Both the position numbers and the translations under genes were made by a program. Under the pieces are notes generated by a model. The model was not told where the DNA came from, searched no databases, and worked only from the letters and a program-made list of their open reading frames with translations. 64,000 bases of DNA from an uncultured Bacilli bacterium (GTDB lineage: Bacteria > Bacillota_I > Bacilli_A > RF39 > UBA660), in NCBI GenBank assembly GCA_934190785.1, contig CAKPTA010000002.1:59385-123384 (forward strand). The letters run 5' to 3'. This document shows, piece after piece, positions 32,544 through 42,245 of the stretch. Every line of letters begins with the position of its first letter. The stretch's first letter is position 1.

Positions 32544-33101
32544 ATGTGGAAATATGAAAAAAAATTAGAATATCCTGTAAATATTAAAAACAAAGATTTA
32601 AAAATGGCAAAGGCTATGCTTGCACAATATGGAGGGCCTGATTCAGAACTTGCTGCTGCTTTACGTTATATGAATCAAAGATATACTATGCCTGATGATA
32701 AGGGTAAAGCTTTGTTAACAGATATAGCAACAGAAGAATTAGCACATCTAGAAATGATTGCTGCAATGGCTTATCAATTAATGAAAGGTGCTACAATCGA
32801 AGAATTAAAAGCAGAAGGTCTAGGTGGAAACTTTGCACAACATGATAGTGCTTTATTTCCTGTCGATGCAAATGGAGTACCATTTACAGCTTCATATATT
32901 GAGGCAACAGGAGATTTTATTGCCGATATTGAAAGTGATATGGCAGCAGAACAAAGAGCAAGAGCCACATATGAACACTTAATGGATATGACAAATGATA
33001 TTGATGTTTTGGCACCATTGTCATTTTTAAGACAAAGAGAAGTTGTACATTATCAAAGATTTAAAGAGCTTAGGAATTATTACTTAGAACAAAAAAAATA
33101 A
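32544..33101 (+). CDS. cotJC: spore coat protein CotJC (manganese-catalase family)
   Basis: MWKYEKKLEYPV..QYGGPDSELAAALRYMNQRY..EELAHLEMI is typical of CotJC di-metal ferritin-like proteins. Confidence 0.9.
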   Translation: MWKYEKKLEYPVNIKNKDLKMAKAMLAQYGGPDSELAAALRYMNQRYTMPDDKGKALLTDIATEELAHLEMIAAMAYQLMKGATIEELKAEGLGGNFAQHDSALFPVDANGVPFTASYIEATGDFIADIESDMAAEQRARATYEHLMDMTNDIDVLAPLSFLRQREVVHYQRFKELRNYYLEQKK

Positions 33102-33104
33102 TAT

Positions 33105-33311
33105 TTAAATATTATCTTTTGTATAAAATATAGCATCCGGCTTCATATTAAATATAGTAGCTATTTTAAAAGCCATATCATAAAATAATCTACGTTTTCT
33201 ATTTTCAATTTGTGAGTAATAAGATGGCGTTATTTTTAAGAGTTTTGCCATATCATATACGGTATAGCCTTTTTCTCTTCTAATAATTTTTAATTTATTA
33301 GTATCATTCAT
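33105..33311 (-). CDS. XRE-family HTH regulator (small)
   Basis: KIIRREKGYTVYDMAKLLKITPSYYSQIENRKR HTH_3 pattern. ATG at 33311 follows GGTGA. Confidence 0.7.
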   Translation of the reverse strand: MNDTNKLKIIRREKGYTVYDMAKLLKITPSYYSQIENRKRRLFYDMAFKIATIFNMKPDAIFYTKDNI

Positions 33312-33400
33312 AAAATCACCATTCTTATTATACATTTTTATAGACTATTCGTCCATAAAAATATTTATGTTTCTGTGAGAAAATTAAATTGGTGGTAGCA

Positions 33401-33625
33401 ATGAGTAAAGATTCAATTGATATTTATAATACAATAGGAAAAAACATAAAAAAATACCGAATTCAAAAAGGTTGGACACAAAAGGAGTTAGCAGAACAAT
33501 TATTACTTAGTGATAGCTTTATAGGAAAATTAGAATCTGTTACTCGTCAAACATTATCAATAGACACTCTTGAGCAAATTGCAAATGCATTAGATGTTGA
33601 TATTCAAAGATTTTTCGATAAATAA
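33401..33625 (+). CDS. XRE-family HTH regulator (small)
   Basis: IKKYRIQKGWTQKELAEQLLLSDSFIGKLES HTH_3 pattern. ATG at 33401 follows GGTGG. Confidence 0.75.
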   Translation: MSKDSIDIYNTIGKNIKKYRIQKGWTQKELAEQLLLSDSFIGKLESVTRQTLSIDTLEQIANALDVDIQRFFDK

Positions 33626-33652
33626 AAAATTTCTCGTATGAGAAATTTTTTT
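33625..33652. terminator. bidirectional terminator between the XRE gene and typA
   Basis: AAAAATTTCTC-GTAT-GAGAAATTTTT 11-bp stem with flanking A/T runs. Confidence 0.75.
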
Positions 33653-35462
33653 ATTTTCTACTATCAAATTTTTTTCTTTCTTGTGTATTTAAAATACGTT
33701 TACGCATTCTGAATGATACTGGTGTTACTTCTACTAGTTCGTCAGCATTTATATAATCAAGACAATACTCTAAAGTTATAGCTCTTGGTCTTTTTAACAC
33801 AACAGTATGATCTTTTCCTGCACTACGCGTATTAGTTAAATTTTTACCTTTAACAACATTTACAGCTAAATCGTTGCTATGACTATGTTCACCAACAATC
33901 ATTCCTTCGTATACATCAACACCTGGTTCAATAAACATAACACCACGATCTTCTAATTGTCCAAGTGCATATGCTGTTGATTTTCCATTTTCCATAGAAA
34001 CTAAAACACCAAGTTTACGTTCTCCAACTGTTTCTCCTGCTAAACGTCTATACTCTTTATAGGTATGATTTAACATTCCATATCCTTTTGTCATTGTCAT
34101 AAATTCTGTTGTAAATCCAATTAAACCTCTTGATGGTAATACATATTGTAGACGTACTTGATTTTCATGAGTAGTCATATTTTCCATAATACCTTCTCTA
34201 TTACCTAAGGCTTCAATTACAGTTCCAACATACTCTTCTGGACAATCAATTTGAACATCTTCATATGGTTCACACATTACACCATCTATCTCTTTTTTTA
34301 TTACTTGTGGTTTAGATACTTGTAATTCAAATCCTTCACGACGCATATTTTCAATTAAAATAGATAAATGTAATTCTCCACGACCTGATACAATAAATGA
34401 TTCACTATCATTTGGCTCAACTCTAAGTGATACGTCTTTTTCTGTTTCTTTTATTAATCTTTCTTCAATTTTTCTTGCTGTTAAAATTTTACCTTCTCTT
34501 CCAACAAATGGTGAAGTATTTACTCCGAAAGTCATTTGTAATGTAGGTTCATCAATTCTAAGAAGAGGTAGTGCATCTTCAGAACCAACTTCACATACAG
34601 TTTCACCAACACTAATATCAGGAAGCCCTGCAATTGCAACTATATCTCCTGCTTCTGCTTCTTCTATTTCAATTCTTTTAAGACCTAAAAATCCAAATAA
34701 TTTCTGTATTCTAAATTGTTTAATAGAACCATCTAATCTAACACATGAAGCCATTTGGTTTACCTTCATTTTTCCTCTTTTTACAACTCCAATTCCAATT
34801 CTTCCAACAAAATCATTATAGTCTAAAAGAGCTGGTTGAAATTGTAATGTTCCATCTAGTGATACTTGTGGTGCTGGAATATAATCAACTATCATATCCA
34901 AAATTGGATCCATTGTTTCTTTTTGTGTTGAAATATCTGGATCTAAACTGGAAGTACCATTTAAAGCTGATGCATATACAACAGGGAATTCAAGTTGATC
35001 TTCGTCAGCACCAAGTTCAATAAATAAATCCAAAACTTCATCTATTACTTGAGCTGGACGAGCAGTTGGTTTATCGATTTTATTTACAACAACGATAGGT
35101 GTTACTCCTGCTTCTAAGGCTTTTTTAAGTACAAAACGTGTTTGAGGCATAGTTCCCTCATATGCATCTACAACAAGTAATACTCCATCAACCATATTCA
35201 TTATACGTTCTACTTCTCCACCAAAATCAGCATGTCCTGGAGTATCTAGAATATTAATACGGCATCCATTATGGTCTATTGCTGTTGTTTTTGCAAGTAT
35301 TGTTATTCCTCTTTCTTTTTCAATATCATTGCTATCCATTACTCTTTCATCAACTTGTTCATTTGCTCTAAATGTACCTGACTTTCTTAGTAATTGATCT
35401 ACTAATGTAGTTTTACCATGGTCAACATGGGCAATGATAGCAATATTTCTTATATTTTTCAT
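33651..35462 (-). CDS. typA: translational GTPase TypA/BipA
   Basis: AHVDHGKTTLVD, DTPGHADF and NKID motifs, with EF-G-like domains. 603 aa. Confidence 0.95.
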   Translation of the reverse strand: MKNIRNIAIIAHVDHGKTTLVDQLLRKSGTFRANEQVDERVMDSNDIEKERGITILAKTTAIDHNGCRINILDTPGHADFGGEVERIMNMVDGVLLVVDAYEGTMPQTRFVLKKALEAGVTPIVVVNKIDKPTARPAQVIDEVLDLFIELGADEDQLEFPVVYASALNGTSSLDPDISTQKETMDPILDMIVDYIPAPQVSLDGTLQFQPALLDYNDFVGRIGIGVVKRGKMKVNQMASCVRLDGSIKQFRIQKLFGFLGLKRIEIEEAEAGDIVAIAGLPDISVGETVCEVGSEDALPLLRIDEPTLQMTFGVNTSPFVGREGKILTARKIEERLIKETEKDVSLRVEPNDSESFIVSGRGELHLSILIENMRREGFELQVSKPQVIKKEIDGVMCEPYEDVQIDCPEEYVGTVIEALGNREGIMENMTTHENQVRLQYVLPSRGLIGFTTEFMTMTKGYGMLNHTYKEYRRLAGETVGERKLGVLVSMENGKSTAYALGQLEDRGVMFIEPGVDVYEGMIVGEHSHSNDLAVNVVKGKNLTNTRSAGKDHTVVLKRPRAITLEYCLDYINADELVEVTPVSFRMRKRILNTQERKKFDSRK

Positions 35463-35608
35463 ATATACACTTCCTCACATAATCCTTGGTATTATAGCAT
35501 AGTCAATCCTTATAAGTCAATGAATACAATTTATATATATATTGTTTTTTTATTTATATTGAATTATTTATTAATTTATTGTTATAATTACAAAAGAAGG
35601 TAGATATT

Positions 35609-36229
35609 ATGAAAAAAATAAAAACATTATTAATAATTATAATAACTTTTTTTTCTTTTACAACATATACATACGCCGCACAAAAATATGAAGTTACACT
35701 TTATAAATGTGTAGATGGTGATACAGCTTGGTTTGATATAAATGGAGAAAAAATAAAAACTAGATTTTTAGCAATTAATACTCCAGAATCTACAAATAAA
35801 ATCGAAGCTTATGGAAAAGAAGCTAGTGAATTTACGTGTAAAGAACTAACACAAGCTAAAAAAATTGAAATTGAATATGATGATAATGCCACTAAAACCG
35901 ATAAATACAATAGAGATTTAGTTTGGGTATATGTTGATGGAAACCTTTTACAAGAAAAATTAATAGAGTCAGGGCTTGCTGAGGTAAAATACATATACGG
36001 AAAATATAAATATGTTGATGATCTTAAATCACTTGAAAAAACGGCCAAAGAAAATAAAATAGGTATATGGAGTAATAGTAGCGAAAATATTGAAACATCA
36101 AAGTATATTATTATCTTACTGTTTATTTTCGTTATTTGTTTATTTAGTGCATCTAGTAGAAATAAAGTTAAAAGAAAAGTTAAAAACAAAATTAAAAAAG
36201 AATTAAAAAAAGCTTATAAAAATCTATAA
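35609..36229 (+). CDS. secreted/anchored thermonuclease (SNase family)
   Basis: Signal peptide ending TYA-A. SNase core CVDGDTAWF..TRFLAINTPES..RDLVWVY. C-terminal TM plus a Lys-rich tail. Confidence 0.85.
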   Translation: MKKIKTLLIIIITFFSFTTYTYAAQKYEVTLYKCVDGDTAWFDINGEKIKTRFLAINTPESTNKIEAYGKEASEFTCKELTQAKKIEIEYDDNATKTDKYNRDLVWVYVDGNLLQEKLIESGLAEVKYIYGKYKYVDDLKSLEKTAKENKIGIWSNSSENIETSKYIIILLFIFVICLFSASSRNKVKRKVKNKIKKELKKAYKNL

Positions 36230-36238
36230 GCTTTTTTT
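36205..36238. terminator. bidirectional terminator between the nuclease and NUDIX genes
   Basis: AAAAAAGCTTATA-AAAATC-TATAAGCTTTTTT. Overlaps the nuclease stop codon. Confidence 0.7.
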
Positions 36239-36668
36239 AATTAAAGTATTTTCTAAGTAAATAATCCATTGTTATTTTAATATCTTCAAAAACATTTAAT
36301 TCATCTAATTCTTCTCTTGTAAACCATTTTGCTGCAATAGTCTCTTCATCATCTACATATGGTTCTGTATTACCAGATGGTATTCCAAAATATAGAATAT
36401 CAACTTGAACATAGCCTTCTTTTCTATTACATTGAATTCCAAGTGGTCTTATAAAATCGTCTTCTCTTGGAAAATGTTCTCCAAGAATTTTAACTTTTAT
36501 ATTTGTTTCTTCAAATACTTCTCGCATTGCAGCTTCTTCTGGAGTTTCATTATGCTCAAGATGTCCTCCTGGTTGAACCCATTTCTTAAATTCTCTATGT
36601 TTTACTAATAAAATTCTTTTTGTTTCTGGATCAATAACAAATATGGATGCACATAATTCTTTGTTCAT
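36237..36668 (-). CDS. NUDIX hydrolase
   Basis: Nudix box GGHLEHNETPEEAAMREVFEETN. Confidence 0.85.
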   Translation of the reverse strand: MNKELCASIFVIDPETKRILLVKHREFKKWVQPGGHLEHNETPEEAAMREVFEETNIKVKILGEHFPREDDFIRPLGIQCNRKEGYVQVDILYFGIPSGNTEPYVDDEETIAAKWFTREELDELNVFEDIKITMDYLLRKYFN

Positions 36669-36716
36669 ATTATCACCATATTTATTATAACAAACGTTTT
36701 TTATAAGAACAAATAT

Positions 36717-37439
36717 TTATTCAAGAACATTGTAAATGTTTACACTATTATTTTTTTCATATACAGTTATTTTATCGTTTATATCCAATGTAGCAAGTAA
36801 TATCTTATTTAAATTATTATATCCTTTAACTTTTAATTCATGTAAAACCCATTCGTCATCTTTTTTCATATTTTTGATATTATTTTTCATAAGTTTTCCA
36901 TCTATTACAACATTTGCACATAATCCTTCTTTAGGAACTTTCAAATTTAATATTTGAGGTGTTGCTGGTTTATATTCTGCTTTAGGCAAAATACTAATTT
37001 TACCATTTGCTTCCATAATTGCATACTCAATTTCTTCTAAATTAAAATAACCATTAGATCTACATTGTTCAAGAAGATCATTTACATCAATTTTAAGTGA
37101 ACGAAGTGGTTTTTCTAAGAGTTTACCATTTTGAATAATAACTGTTGGTACTCCAAATATTATTCTTCTTATAGTAATACTTTTAAGTGACAAAATAGAA
37201 ACAAAAAAAGATGCTAGTCCAAAAACAACTATCGCCATTACGCCATTTAAATACTGTCCATCTAAATTCATTGTCATTTCTGCCGTAAAGTTTCCTATTG
37301 AGATTCCAATAACATAATCAAATAAACTTAGCTCTGATACTTGTTTTTTTCCAATTATACGTGTTACTAGAAATAATGTTACAAGTGAGAATATACTTCT
37401 TGGGATAATTGATAAACATTCCATCACTGAATTTTGCAT
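36717..37439 (-). CDS. DUF421 (YetF/YdfS-like) membrane protein
   Basis: RIIGKKQVSELSLFDYVIGISIGNFTAE N-terminal TM region plus a soluble C-domain. ATG at 37439 follows GGTGAT. Confidence 0.7.
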   Translation of the reverse strand: MQNSVMECLSIIPRSIFSLVTLFLVTRIIGKKQVSELSLFDYVIGISIGNFTAEMTMNLDGQYLNGVMAIVVFGLASFFVSILSLKSITIRRIIFGVPTVIIQNGKLLEKPLRSLKIDVNDLLEQCRSNGYFNLEEIEYAIMEANGKISILPKAEYKPATPQILNLKVPKEGLCANVVIDGKLMKNNIKNMKKDDEWVLHELKVKGYNNLNKILLATLDINDKITVYEKNNSVNIYNVLE

Positions 37440-37494
37440 ATAAATCACCAGTAATATTATTTAACAAATAAATATAAATATACAAAAAAATAAA

Positions 37495-38580
37495 TCAATT
37501 ATGTGATTTATTTTTTAAATTATCTATCTTTTCTTTAAATTTCTTCTTAACATCATCTTTATCAACTACAACATTTGTTGTTGCAACAAAGGTAATAACT
37601 ATAACAAGTAGTATGCCGTATATAATATATCCTAAAAGTGCATCTTTAAGCACATATACAATTGATGCAGTCGCAAATAGAATATCAATTATATAAATAA
37701 TAATTACTGTCGCTCTTTGTGATAAATTTCTATTTAATAATTGATGATGTATATGATATTTATCACCTTTTGTTATTTTTTCACCTTTTATTGTCCTACG
37801 TAAAATTGCGAATAGTGTGTCAAGTATTGGAATTGCTATTACGAAAAGTGGAATAATTAATGATGACATTGTAACATTCTTAAAACCAAATAAGGCAACA
37901 ACAGAAATCATAAATCCCATCAACATAGATCCAGCATCGCCAGCAAAAATAGATGCGGGATTAAAGTTATAAACTAAAAATCCTAAAATTGACCCAGCCA
38001 TAACAAAAGCAAGAACAAAATCAAGACCTGTTTTACCCTGAATCGTTGCAATAATTCCGATTGTTAAAAAATATATTGCACTTATTCCGCCTGATAATCC
38101 ATCCAAACCATCAATTAAATTAATACAATTAATACATCCTAAAATAAAGAATAATGTAATTGGATAGGACCACCAACCGAATTCAATATATATACCAAAA
38201 GCACTTATATCTTGAATCAAAAGTTTTCCATAAAACACAACTATAGATGCAGCTACTAACTGTCCTATAAACTGAGTTTTGGCTGATAATTCTGTAATAT
38301 CATCAATTACACCGACAAGTACTAAAATAAAACTACCTATCAAAATAGCATTCATTGAAGCACTTGGTGTTCCAAATATCATATAACCAAACAAAAATCC
38401 TAAGAAAATAGCAACTCCGCCAAGTTTTGGAGTTGGTTTTTTATGAATATGTCTTCCACGTGGAATGTCAATAGCATTTATTTGTTTTGCCACCTTTTTT
38501 ATATATGGAATGATTGCCACAACTAATAAAAAAGGAATAATAAGCATTAAGGCAATTCTCATTAATAATTCTTGATTCAT
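37495..38580 (-). CDS. undecaprenyl-phosphate GlcNAc-1-phosphate transferase (TagO/WecA, MraY family)
   Basis: Polytopic, with VIDDITELS, NLIDGLDGL, FAGDAGS and HIHHQLL motifs. Confidence 0.85.
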   Translation of the reverse strand: MNQELLMRIALMLIIPFLLVVAIIPYIKKVAKQINAIDIPRGRHIHKKPTPKLGGVAIFLGFLFGYMIFGTPSASMNAILIGSFILVLVGVIDDITELSAKTQFIGQLVAASIVVFYGKLLIQDISAFGIYIEFGWWSYPITLFFILGCINCINLIDGLDGLSGGISAIYFLTIGIIATIQGKTGLDFVLAFVMAGSILGFLVYNFNPASIFAGDAGSMLMGFMISVVALFGFKNVTMSSLIIPLFVIAIPILDTLFAILRRTIKGEKITKGDKYHIHHQLLNRNLSQRATVIIIYIIDILFATASIVYVLKDALLGYIIYGILLVIVITFVATTNVVVDKDDVKKKFKEKIDNLKNKSHN

Positions 38581-38638
38581 AACTACCACCAATAGCAGTA
38601 TACCATTTTGAATTAAAATTGTCTATTTTTATTTTATA

Positions 38639-39625
38639 TCAATCTATTAAATGAATATTATCAAGTAAAATTCCTGTCCCTTCAGCTACACAAGTCAAAG
38701 GACTTTCTGCTATAAAAACAGGCACTTTTAATTCATGTGATAATAACTTATCAAATCCTTTAATTAAAGCTCCTCCACCTGTGATAATTATTCCTTTATC
38801 TATAATATCAGCTGAAAGTTCTGGTGGTGTTTGCTCTAATACAGTTTTTGCTGTTCTAACAATTGTATAAGCACTCTCTCTTAATGCTTCTTCTATTTCT
38901 GATGCATTTATTTTTATTGTGTGAGGAAGCCCCGTAACTAAATCTCTTCCCCTTACCTCCATTTTTTGTTTTAATGAATCTGGGAAAACATTTCCTATTG
39001 TAAATTTAATTTCCTCAGCAGTTCTATCACCTATTAATAATTTATACTTATCTCTTATATATTTCATTATGTCATGATCAAAAGTATTTCCTGCTACTTT
39101 AATTGATGAACTATTAACAATTCCTCCTAATGATAATACTGCTATATCTGTTGTTCCTCCGCCTATATCTATAACCATATTCCCACTTGGTCGTGATATA
39201 TCCATACCAGCTCCAACAGCAGCTACTTTGGGCTCTTCTTCTAAAAATACCTTTCTAGCTCCCGTTCTCTCGGCTGCTTCTTTAATAGCATTCTTTTCAA
39301 CCTGTGTAATATTAGAAGGACAACAAATAAGAATTCTAGGTTTTGAAAACAAACCTTTTCCATTTATTTTATTAATAAAATGATTAAGCATTATTTCAGT
39401 TGTTTCAAAATCTGCAATAACACCATCTTTCATTGGCCTTATTGCATGAACTTTTCCAGGTGTTCTTCCTAACATATCAAATGCTTCTCTTCCAACCGCC
39501 AAAGGTTTCTTACTATCACTATCGATGGCAACTACACTTGGTTCATTTAAAATAATTCCTTGTCCCTTAACATAAATAAGTACATTAGCTGTTCCTAAAT
39601 CTATTCCTATATCTTTTGCAAACAT
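38639..39625 (-). CDS. mreB: actin-like rod-shape protein MreB/Mbl
   Basis: IGIDLGTANVLIY, DIGGGTTDIAVLS and GIIITGGGAL motifs. ATG at 39625 follows AGAGG. spoIIID-mbl adjacency as in Bacillus. Confidence 0.92.
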   Translation of the reverse strand: MFAKDIGIDLGTANVLIYVKGQGIILNEPSVVAIDSDSKKPLAVGREAFDMLGRTPGKVHAIRPMKDGVIADFETTEIMLNHFINKINGKGLFSKPRILICCPSNITQVEKNAIKEAAERTGARKVFLEEEPKVAAVGAGMDISRPSGNMVIDIGGGTTDIAVLSLGGIVNSSSIKVAGNTFDHDIMKYIRDKYKLLIGDRTAEEIKFTIGNVFPDSLKQKMEVRGRDLVTGLPHTIKINASEIEEALRESAYTIVRTAKTVLEQTPPELSADIIDKGIIITGGGALIKGFDKLLSHELKVPVFIAESPLTCVAEGTGILLDNIHLID

Positions 39626-39638
39626 AATAACCTCTTTT

Positions 39639-39887
39639 CTATAATAATTTTTGATATTTTTGACGAGTTGCCTCTCCTCCACGAATATGTCTTATATCCG
39701 TATGATACTTTAATATTTTATCAACATCTTCATATAAGTTTCTGTCGATTTTTATTAATCTCTCATGTAAATCTTTATGAACAGTACTTTTTGATACTTT
39801 AAATACTTTTGAAATTTCTCTTACAGTTTTCTCTGTTTTTATTAAATATCTAGCTTCACTAAGTACCCTTTCATTAATATCACCCAT
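39639..39887 (-). CDS. spoIIID: stage III sporulation transcription factor SpoIIID
   Basis: ERVLSEARYLIKTEKTVREISKVFKVSKSTVHKDLHERL is the characteristic SpoIIID HTH. Confidence 0.9.
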   Translation of the reverse strand: MGDINERVLSEARYLIKTEKTVREISKVFKVSKSTVHKDLHERLIKIDRNLYEDVDKILKYHTDIRHIRGGEATRQKYQKLL

Positions 39888-39950
39888 AAATTCACCCTAC
39901 TAAATTATATAAATTAGCAAGGTTTTTATACCAAAAAAAGGGTTTTATCC

Positions 39951-40580
39951 CTAGCTTTGTTTTTGATTTAAAAAATATGTTTCTGGATTAACAGTGTTTC
40001 CAGCTACAATTAGCTCAAAATGAACATGATTTCCTAGGTCTTTTTCAACATTTGAAGTTCCACTTTTTCCAATTGTTTGACCACGTGTTACAACTTCATC
40101 TTTTGAAACAGCAACCTCACTCAAACTTTGATAAATACTAATACTATCATCAGAATGTTTTATTTGAATTGTTTTACCTAAAAGTTCGTCCTCTGTAACG
40201 TCTATTACAGTACCATCTTTTATAGAAACAACATCAAAAACATTTTCTTTGCCATATGATACTCCACTACTTTGCAAGTAAGTTCCTTCATAATAAATAA
40301 GTGCTGCTTCTTGTTCTTCTTTAGTAGCTTTATAGTCATAATATGTCTTTAAAACTTTAACATCACTATCTTTATAAGGTCTTACAAAATCCGGTTGCTC
40401 ACTTATAACTGATACAGCATCATCAAATATTGTTTTAGAAACATATTTAAATTCATCTGCTTGAGAATAACTTTTATGATTTATTGAACCTTCAATTAAA
40501 TAAATCGTCCCTATCAAAGAAACTACTCCTAAAGAATATATTGCATATAAAACTGGTCTTTTTAAACGCCTTTCTGCCAT
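39951..40580 (-). CDS. SpoIIQ-like membrane-anchored degenerate LytM (M23) protein
   Basis: N-terminal TM. LytM domain with HVHFE retained but HxxxD replaced by SSGVS and Y.HL by YQSL. Synteny with spoIID/spoIIID. Confidence 0.6.
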   Translation of the reverse strand: MAERRLKRPVLYAIYSLGVVSLIGTIYLIEGSINHKSYSQADEFKYVSKTIFDDAVSVISEQPDFVRPYKDSDVKVLKTYYDYKATKEEQEAALIYYEGTYLQSSGVSYGKENVFDVVSIKDGTVIDVTEDELLGKTIQIKHSDDSISIYQSLSEVAVSKDEVVTRGQTIGKSGTSNVEKDLGNHVHFELIVAGNTVNPETYFLNQKQS

Positions 40581-40636
40581 AATTTTTCACCTCTATTTTA
40601 AGTGTGAACAAATTATAAATATTTATGCATTATTTT

Positions 40637-41554
40637 TTAAAGTTTAGTAATTTCTACATCTTTATAATAATATTTTAATATTTGGTCGTATTTGTAACCT
40701 TTTTTTGCCATAGCAAGTGCTCCATATTGACTCATACCAACACCATGTCCATATCCTTTAGTATTTATTTTTATATTACTTCCAACTTGTTTTATTTCAA
40801 AAAAAGTTGAACGCAATCCTAATTTATTTCTAACATCTGTAGCAGTAAATTCTTTTTGATTAATTTTTATTTTTTTGGTTCTACCAGTACTTGTTACTTC
40901 TTCTACTTCAACCTCGATATTATCACTATACGGAATATTTAGTTTAGTACAAAAATCAGCAATACTATATTGTGCTGTATCATTAAAAACGGGAGAAACA
41001 GACTCATCCCAAGATGAATCAACACTTATGAGATATGGTAATTGTTCAACAAATACTTCTCCACTATTTTCTGTTTTACCAGCACTTGTTGAAAAAAAGA
41101 ATGCTTCTACAACCTCGCCATTATAAGTTAAATATTCACCCTTCGTATCTTTAATAACACTTTTTAATTTATTCATATATTCTACATATTTATCTTGCCA
41201 TTTTTCTTTAAGATCTTCATCACTTAAATAAACCTGATTAGAAACAGTGTTTACAACATCATAATCTTCCGCAACATTTAATTCCATTTTTTTTAAAACA
41301 TAACTTCTAGCTGCTACAGCTTGAGCTTTTAAGGCTTCTGTATCAAAGCCAATAGGCATTTCGCCAGCTAAAACACCTTTTACATATTCTTCAAATGGAA
41401 CTGTTATAATTTCATTTTTATCTTCTAATTTAACTCTAACAACTTTATTCGAAACATAATTGAATTTTATTTCATCATCTGGTTTTATTGTCGATACTAT
41501 TATGTACGGAATCAGAATTATTAAAAGTATAATTACAATAATTTTTTTCATCAT
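40637..41554 (-). CDS. spoIID: stage II sporulation protein D (lytic transglycosylase)
   Basis: SpoIID/LytB-domain motifs EALKAQAVAARSY, FFSTSAGKTE and GHGVGMSQYGA. Confidence 0.9.
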   Translation of the reverse strand: MMKKIIVIILLIILIPYIIVSTIKPDDEIKFNYVSNKVVRVKLEDKNEIITVPFEEYVKGVLAGEMPIGFDTEALKAQAVAARSYVLKKMELNVAEDYDVVNTVSNQVYLSDEDLKEKWQDKYVEYMNKLKSVIKDTKGEYLTYNGEVVEAFFFSTSAGKTENSGEVFVEQLPYLISVDSSWDESVSPVFNDTAQYSIADFCTKLNIPYSDNIEVEVEEVTSTGRTKKIKINQKEFTATDVRNKLGLRSTFFEIKQVGSNIKINTKGYGHGVGMSQYGALAMAKKGYKYDQILKYYYKDVEITKL

Positions 41555-41587
41555 ATCACTAGCTTTCTATTACCACACTATTATATG

Positions 41588-41611
41588 AAAAAAAAGACAA
41601 ATAAATTGTCT
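41588..41611 (-). terminator. weak rho-independent terminator upstream of spoIID
   Basis: AGACAA-TTTAT-TTGTCT followed by T8 on the minus strand. Confidence 0.5.
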
Positions 41612-41620
41612 CTTTTTAGC

Positions 41621-41827
41621 TTAAATAATCTTTGTATATAGAAAAAAATCATAAAAGAAATTAACTGTTAAATATGAAAGTGAAAATGTTAAAATTAAGT
41701 AAAATATTCTTGCCTGAATAATTCTATTTTTTTTAAATATTTGATTTATCTGAACACTATCTAATGCCCAAATAACAAAGGGAACTGTTATTATATATAA
41801 AATCGTTTTAATTGTCATACTCATCAA
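41621..41827 (-). CDS. small two-TM membrane protein (DUF1146/YwzB-like?)
   Basis: 68-aa hydrophobic ORF in the position occupied by ywzB-type genes near spoIID/murA in Bacillus. Family call is tentative. Confidence 0.4.
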   Translation of the reverse strand: MMSMTIKTILYIITVPFVIWALDSVQINQIFKKNRIIQARIFYLILTFSLSYLTVNFFYDFFLYTKII

Positions 41828-42245
41828 TCATTCTAACTCTTCTTACGTGACGTTCTTCTTCACTATAATCAGTTTGTATAAAATTAATAACAATTTCTTT
41901 AGCTACATCAATAGCAATGTTTGCAGATAGTGCAAGTACATTACTATGATTGTGCTCTCTTGTAACTATGGCATCCTCTTTAGTATCTACTCTAGCACAT
42001 CTTACACCTTTTACTTTATTAGCTGCGATACTCATTCCAATTCCAGATTTACAAATTAAAATGCCAACATCTATTTTTTTATCTCTAACTTCCTCACCAA
42101 CTTTAAATGCATATATTGGATAATCTACTGAATCTGTAGAATCTGTTCCATAGTTTATAACATTATATCCTAAGTCTTCTAAATATGAAACAAGTTTTTC
42201 TTTCATATCAACTCCACCATGATCATTTGCTATTCCAATTACCAT
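41808..42245 (-). CDS. rpiB: ribose-5-phosphate isomerase B
   Basis: IGIANDHGG, ILICKSGIGMSIAANK and REHNHSNVLAL are typical RpiB/LacAB motifs. Confidence 0.9.
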   Translation of the reverse strand: MVIGIANDHGGVDMKEKLVSYLEDLGYNVINYGTDSTDSVDYPIYAFKVGEEVRDKKIDVGILICKSGIGMSIAANKVKGVRCARVDTKEDAIVTREHNHSNVLALSANIAIDVAKEIVINFIQTDYSEEERHVRRVRMIDEYDN

